Shown here piece by piece: positions 59,492 to 64,000 of a stretch of 64,000 nt of DNA (positions within the stretch are counted from its first letter, which is position 1; each line of letters begins with the position of its first letter). This DNA comes from Candidatus Limnocylindrales bacterium (GTDB taxonomy: Bacteria > Moduliflexota > Moduliflexia > Moduliflexales > JAUQPW01), in the NCBI GenBank assembly GCA_035559535.1, contig DATMBG010000022.1:124001-188000 (forward strand), read 5' to 3'. Under the pieces are notes generated by a model, which was not told the DNA's origin, did not search any database, and saw only the letters and a list, made by a program, of their open reading frames with translations. The translations under genes were made by a program, and so were the position numbers.

Positions 59492-59546
59492 TGTAAGGGC
59501 GTAAGGCCTTACGCCCCTTGTACGGGCGGAGGGCCTCCGCCCCTAC
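59492..59546. repeat. Tandem pair of GTAG-type REP palindromes
   Basis: gtaagggcgtaaggccttacgccccttgtacgggcggagggcctccgcccctac. Same family as 13400-13428. Confidence 0.75.
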
Positions 59547-59756
59547 TTCCAATAGCGCACGGGCATAATCTAGCAAGCAGCAATGTGCTCTCGTCTTTGA
59601 TCTGGAAATTCTGCAATAATTTCCTCAGTAGTATGGGCCGGCTGCAAGGTACCTAAGAATAAGACTCCCAGGAATTTTAGTCCCTTTTATTCGGGGTTTA
59701 CCCCGAAGCACATCAGCCGTACTTATAATACGATCTCTCCAGTCTACCCGTATCAT
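59543..59756 (-). pseudogene. DUF433-family antitoxin-like pseudogene (probable integron cassette ORF)
   Basis: AGGAGG RBS then MIRVDWRDRIISTADVLRGKPRIKGTKIP.SLIL.YLAAG / HTTEEIIAEFPD...IAAC / LDYARALL. Two compensating frameshifts with a premature stop between them. Confidence 0.8.
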
Positions 59757-59775
59757 ATCCTCCTTTCGCATTAGG

Positions 59776-59852
59776 GCCTAAAGGCCTGCACTTCACCTGC
59801 GGCGAACCGAACGCAACGAGGCGAAGCCGTCAGGTGCAAGCGCATGTTAGCA
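59776..59852 (-). mobile_element. Integron attC recombination site (solo, slightly degenerate)
   Basis: Minus strand: TGCTAAC-atgcgcttGcacctgAcggc...gccgcaggtgaagtgc-aggcc-TTTAGGC. R''/R' boxes and L''/L' pairing with two extrahelical bases. R' is TTT rather than GTT. Confidence 0.75.
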
Positions 59853-60099
59853 CGCACTAGGGTAGCGCTGTCCGTTTGCCCGGTACCAGGCTTTCTCGTA
59901 AAATCAGGTTATCGATATTCGTAATATCCTACGACTCTTATCATCTGCATTTGCTTGACAACTTTAATTTCAGCTACTTAGATAAACTACTACAGAAAGA
60001 TTGTCCGAAAAAAAACGGTTAGTTCTGCAAATCGGTCATAACGTGTTGATGCAATTTAGATAATGTGACTCACTTTAAAATACTTGTACATATTATGTC

Positions 60100-60134
60100 A
60101 AGAAAATTTTTCTTAAGTTAAGAAAAATTTTCTT
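60100..60134. promoter_or_regulatory. Perfect 17-bp inverted repeat (operator- or terminator-like)
   Basis: aagaaaatttttcttaa-g-ttaagaaaaattttctt. Confidence 0.45.
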
Positions 60135-60164
60135 AACTATAGTTTTTACAGGTATTGCAGCAAA

Positions 60165-61658
60165 TCACTCCTGCTCCAAAGTTGCAAGTATCTCTTTACA
60201 GTACCCCTCAGCGGTCTGTCGTTCATAATCGTAAAGCGATTGATCTCGATTGTGAGCCAAAGGAGTTCTTATTTTTGATAATAATTGGGCACGTTGATCC
60301 CAGTAGTTCTTGTCTTTGCCAAAAATATCTCTGAAAATTGCCCATTCAGCAAAGATAATGTCGAACAGGTCTCGCGGATAAGTGAACTCGATCAAATTTC
60401 GAGATGCTCTGCTTCCAAAAGACTTTTCCTCTCTCTGTTGTACTTCTGTACACCTCTCAAAAATCGGCTTCAAATTTGGTCTCGCCTTACACAACTTATC
60501 AACCCACTGCTCACCATACTGTTCTCTCATCTTTTCTGTAATCAGCCGTCGCAAAGCCACCTCAGTTTTCTTCCATAAAGGCCATAAATCAACCTGGCGC
60601 CCAATCATTTTCAAATAGGTCTGAAAATGTTCTGAAAATGCCACATAATTCCCTTGTTCAGTGAGTTTGACGAGGCCATATCTTTGTAGTTCTTCCGCAT
60701 CGGTTGGTCGGGCCTCAATAACAGGGCCGAATAGAATTTGCAGAATCTTACTTAGGCTTTTATCCTCACGAAGTACGTCAAGCATGTGTTCATAATGATG
60801 AATAAAAGATTGTTCGACTCGCTTAACCGCTTGGCTTACATCAACTACATTAGTTTCCCGAAATAGTTCCACCACCTCGTATCCCACCATATCGAGAAGA
60901 TAAGGATGACCGCCGCAATAATACAGAAAGCCTTCTCTAATTTGCGGTGTTATGCTGATACCAATTGATGATAAACGTGCAAGATACGCCTCAAATGCCT
61001 CATCATCAAACATACCAAGATAATAGTTCTGGAAAACACCTTCTAACGTTGAAATAGCCTTTGTCTGGAATTCAATACTCTGCAGAGATCTGCGAGATGT
61101 TGTTATTAAAGTCACCCGCCATTCCGGGCGATATGACAATTCGCGAAGCCCTTGAAAACTTGAAATATCTCCCCGAAAAAGATGACGTGCATGATCAAAC
61201 TCGTCCAGAATAAAAAGAATGCGTATTCCGGCTTGGCGAACTTTCTCAAAATATCGCTGTATACGTCCGTAACCTTCACTCCACGAGACCTCATCTTTTA
61301 GGGCGCCTTCTGCCGCTCTCTTTACTGTATCAGTCAACCATCCCAGACCTTCTATCTCATCATAACTGTTTGTGACAAGCGAGCGGAAAAATATCGGCGC
61401 TTGATCAAAGGTCGCCAGATTGATCCAAATCGGAATGCGTTTTTTCTCCAGCAAGTCACTTTTGCGTGTCATTATGGAATGATAAACCAGACTACTCTTT
61501 CCAATTCGATAATCACCAATAAGTGCCAGATTTCCTGGCTCTGTTGGTCGGATGACTCGATTTTCAACGGCACGAATGGCATCAGGGCGGTTTATAAAGC
61601 GCTCTCCATATACAATGTTTCCGTAATCACTGAAAGGATTAGCAAAATCACGCTCCAT
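60165..61658 (-). CDS. STAND-like P-loop ATPase with C-terminal HEPN-like (Swt1-type) domain
   Basis: NPF...FINR, Walker A GDYRIGKSS, Walker B FILDEFD, GGHPYLL. C-terminal helical domain with E..LRRLI and RTPLAH (RxxxxH). Confidence 0.8.
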   Translation of the reverse strand: MERDFANPFSDYGNIVYGERFINRPDAIRAVENRVIRPTEPGNLALIGDYRIGKSSLVYHSIMTRKSDLLEKKRIPIWINLATFDQAPIFFRSLVTNSYDEIEGLGWLTDTVKRAAEGALKDEVSWSEGYGRIQRYFEKVRQAGIRILFILDEFDHARHLFRGDISSFQGLRELSYRPEWRVTLITTSRRSLQSIEFQTKAISTLEGVFQNYYLGMFDDEAFEAYLARLSSIGISITPQIREGFLYYCGGHPYLLDMVGYEVVELFRETNVVDVSQAVKRVEQSFIHHYEHMLDVLREDKSLSKILQILFGPVIEARPTDAEELQRYGLVKLTEQGNYVAFSEHFQTYLKMIGRQVDLWPLWKKTEVALRRLITEKMREQYGEQWVDKLCKARPNLKPIFERCTEVQQREEKSFGSRASRNLIEFTYPRDLFDIIFAEWAIFRDIFGKDKNYWDQRAQLLSKIRTPLAHNRDQSLYDYERQTAEGYCKEILATLEQE

Positions 61659-61666
61659 CTTTCACC

Positions 61667-64000
61667 TCACCGATGAGCGAGCAGCCATTCCCTGAATAGC
61701 CCAACGCGAATAGAGTAGTATTGCCCTCGTTCGCGTTCGATAACGTCTCGCCTAACAAGATCTTCGAGAATCTCATCAGCGGGTGTTTTCGTCTCGCAAG
61801 CAATATTGCTTCGGCCGCAGGGTCCGGTGCGACTATTTTCGGCAATCGAGGTCAGTACTTTTAACACATCTTTATCGCTAATCGCATCCGGCGATGTATC
61901 GCCAGAGTTGATCAAGTTGTCAAACTTGTCTTTTCCTAGCGCATTCACCCCGCGAATGAGCTCGTCTTTCACCTGTTCCACATCAGCCTCTGTAACAAGA
62001 CTGGCACGTTTGCGATTCATATACTCAACCAATCTATTACACAAAATCTGGATGTAGAAAGGACTTCCCGCTGTAAGCTCCAGAATACGCTCAATGGCGC
62101 GTTCCCGATAACGGCTTTCCCCGAAACGTCCACCGATACGAATCGGCTCATCAATCAATCGCATAGCATCTTCTCTCCTGAGATAAGTCACCCTTTCATC
62201 TTGCGTTGTCCCAAATTCGTTTGGAAAACGTTGCTTGAACTTGGGCATCACATCCTGTCCAACGAGCACCGCGTTGAAAAAGTTATCTTGTAATAAGGCT
62301 TTCCAGTTCTTCATAAATGATTCTGGGATGAACTCATTCATAATATACCCATAAATGTATGAGAACTCGTCTATCAACAGAATAACTCGCATCCCTTGCC
62401 AGTCAGGTAAATTGGTAGTAGCCCGGCGAAAACTTTCAAAAATATCTCTGAAAAGTACTAATGGGCTTGGGTGCTGATAAAATTCCAAATCTGCAGGGAA
62501 TGAAATCCCTGGCGGATTTTTGCCTTGTGAAACTTTATCCTCAATAGCATCTCGCAGCGCCTTCAGGATTGTCCAAAGAATCTGATAGAGGAAAGGAACT
62601 TTTGAGTGTTCATCTAGAATCGCTCCGATATTGCCTATATTAAGAACAAGCAAATCATCTTTTGTCTCCAGTCTCTTTTTTAGATGATACAGAATAGATG
62701 ACTTGCCAGCGCGCTTTTGCCCATAAATCACTACACACTTACTTTGGCTTCGCGATGTTTCAAGCGCTTTGGCCACATTTGCAATCAGGTCATCGCGCCC
62801 ATAGAACATCGTTGGCTCGCCGACAATGCCACCTTCGGCATAAGGAGCGTATGGGTTTTCAATTTCCTCAAAATCCTGTTCTGAACTTAACCGAATTGAG
62901 AAATTGGCAGCAGGCGTCTGTTGAATTTCTCCAGACCGCGTGCGGTAACGAGCATGTATAGGAAGTGAAAAAGCTTGGGCAGAGAGGGCCTCTTCACTCA
63001 GTTGAATAGGGACCCTCAAGATGCGCTGCTCGCCACCTCGCAAAGACCCATCCAATCTGACAGAAAACGTATCCTCATACTCTTGCACAACTAACTCTAA
63101 CGCCTCCGCAGGACTGCATCCTGTTCGATTACTAACTACGACCTGGACTTCTATAGAACGGTCATTGTCAGGTGTACAGGTTTCAATAGGCAAGCGTAAG
63201 GTCAATTGAGGCGTTGAAGTTTCATAGAGCTGTTCCAGGTAAACTTTTGTCTTCTCTTGGATACTCTTGACAAGCGGATACATCTCCTCTACCGAAATCT
63301 TTGTTGAACTTGCTTCAATCTCTCTCAGCAAGTCCTGGCATCTGTTCTCAATTTGAATGCAAAGTCGTTCCTTTTCTTCAAAGACTGTTTGAACACATAG
63401 GTCTAGAGCGGTTTCCAGTACTTTCTGTATTTGTATAGCCCTCTGTCGATCTAGGTCAAAAAAGAGATTTTCAGCAATCGCCTTGACCCTTTCTATACCG
63501 TGTTCAAGGGAAGCGGCGGTCAGTTCAACCTGAGCCAACGCGCGAAGCTCATTGAGCAAGGAACGTTGTTCATCCAGTTTTTTCCTCACCAATTCGTTCC
63601 ATAATTTGACAAAATCATCTAATTTTTTGACGGGCCCAACGCTTATACCTGATGCCCTTAAATACTCTAGCGCCATTGCCTGTAGTGACGATTTGTCATA
63701 AAGGCGGTTAAGCAAGCGACTAGCCGCATACCGGCTGCGGAAAACAAGATAAGCAATCGCCTCAAAGACTTTGTTTCGATCTGGGTGATGAGTTAGCACA
63801 TATTCGAGTGTTTCATCAATGGAAGGTATGCTGGGCTTGATGGGAATTTGCGCTGGTCCCATAGTCGAAAACAGAAATCTTACCAGAGCATTAACTGCAT
63901 CTTGTTCAATCCCTTGGCTCCGATCTCCATCGTATGCACTTAACGACTCGCAGTAAAACTCCCGTGCTGCGTCTAACGGTCTATTTTCAACAACAATTGC
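61667..64000 (-). CDS. Large protein with helical region, beta-sandwich segment and C-terminal STAND-like ATPase (5' end lies outside the window)
   Basis: Frame stays open from 63862 to the window edge (AIVVENRPLDAAREFY...). NPY...MFYGR, Walker A GQKRAGKSS, Walker B LLIDEF, GSPFYIQ, winged-helix-like tail. Confidence 0.85.
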   Translation of the reverse strand, partial: AIVVENRPLDAAREFYCESLSAYDGDRSQGIEQDAVNALVRFLFSTMGPAQIPIKPSIPSIDETLEYVLTHHPDRNKVFEAIAYLVFRSRYAASRLLNRLYDKSSLQAMALEYLRASGISVGPVKKLDDFVKLWNELVRKKLDEQRSLLNELRALAQVELTAASLEHGIERVKAIAENLFFDLDRQRAIQIQKVLETALDLCVQTVFEEKERLCIQIENRCQDLLREIEASSTKISVEEMYPLVKSIQEKTKVYLEQLYETSTPQLTLRLPIETCTPDNDRSIEVQVVVSNRTGCSPAEALELVVQEYEDTFSVRLDGSLRGGEQRILRVPIQLSEEALSAQAFSLPIHARYRTRSGEIQQTPAANFSIRLSSEQDFEEIENPYAPYAEGGIVGEPTMFYGRDDLIANVAKALETSRSQSKCVVIYGQKRAGKSSILYHLKKRLETKDDLLVLNIGNIGAILDEHSKVPFLYQILWTILKALRDAIEDKVSQGKNPPGISFPADLEFYQHPSPLVLFRDIFESFRRATTNLPDWQGMRVILLIDEFSYIYGYIMNEFIPESFMKNWKALLQDNFFNAVLVGQDVMPKFKQRFPNEFGTTQDERVTYLRREDAMRLIDEPIRIGGRFGESRYRERAIERILELTAGSPFYIQILCNRLVEYMNRKRASLVTEADVEQVKDELIRGVNALGKDKFDNLINSGDTSPDAISDKDVLKVLTSIAENSRTGPCGRSNIACETKTPADEILEDLVRRDVIERERGQYYSIRVGLFREWLLAHR

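Noticed and set aside
59853-64000. ATPase pair as a bona fide integron cassette
   Set aside because: The gene ends about 310 bp from the attC and the unit is much larger than typical cassettes, so only proximity is claimed.

Overview
Bacterial chromosomal DNA of moderate GC content from a diderm organism (lptC-lptA-lptB-rpoN, bamD). No rRNA, tRNA or CRISPR array was seen. Housekeeping genes include an iscS/ThiI-like/tusA sulfur-relay block, ftsE, rsmI, an aspartate aminotransferase, hisI, ctpA and a glycosyltransferase. Four features stand out. (1) An 11-gene, ~13 kb minus-strand cluster (23103-36104) sits behind a sigma-54-type promoter. It encodes a LarA-family racemase, a threonine-synthase-like PLP enzyme, two ACPs, two AsnB amidotransferases, two AMP-dependent ligases, an MBOAT, a DUF2889-like protein and a His-rich membrane protein, with an Sfp-type PPTase nearby. 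It is a candidate undescribed carrier-protein pathway for envelope or lipid modification. (2) A translationally coupled pair of STAND-like ATPases lies at the right edge, the second ending in an RxxxxH HEPN-like domain. It is a candidate defence system and sits beside a solo integron attC site and a decayed DUF433 cassette. (3) An MglA/MglB operon includes an output-less HAMP membrane sensor. (4) The intergenic DNA is dense with nested MITE/REP elements and 7-8 bp tandem repeats. All calls come from motif recognition by eye; no searches were run.
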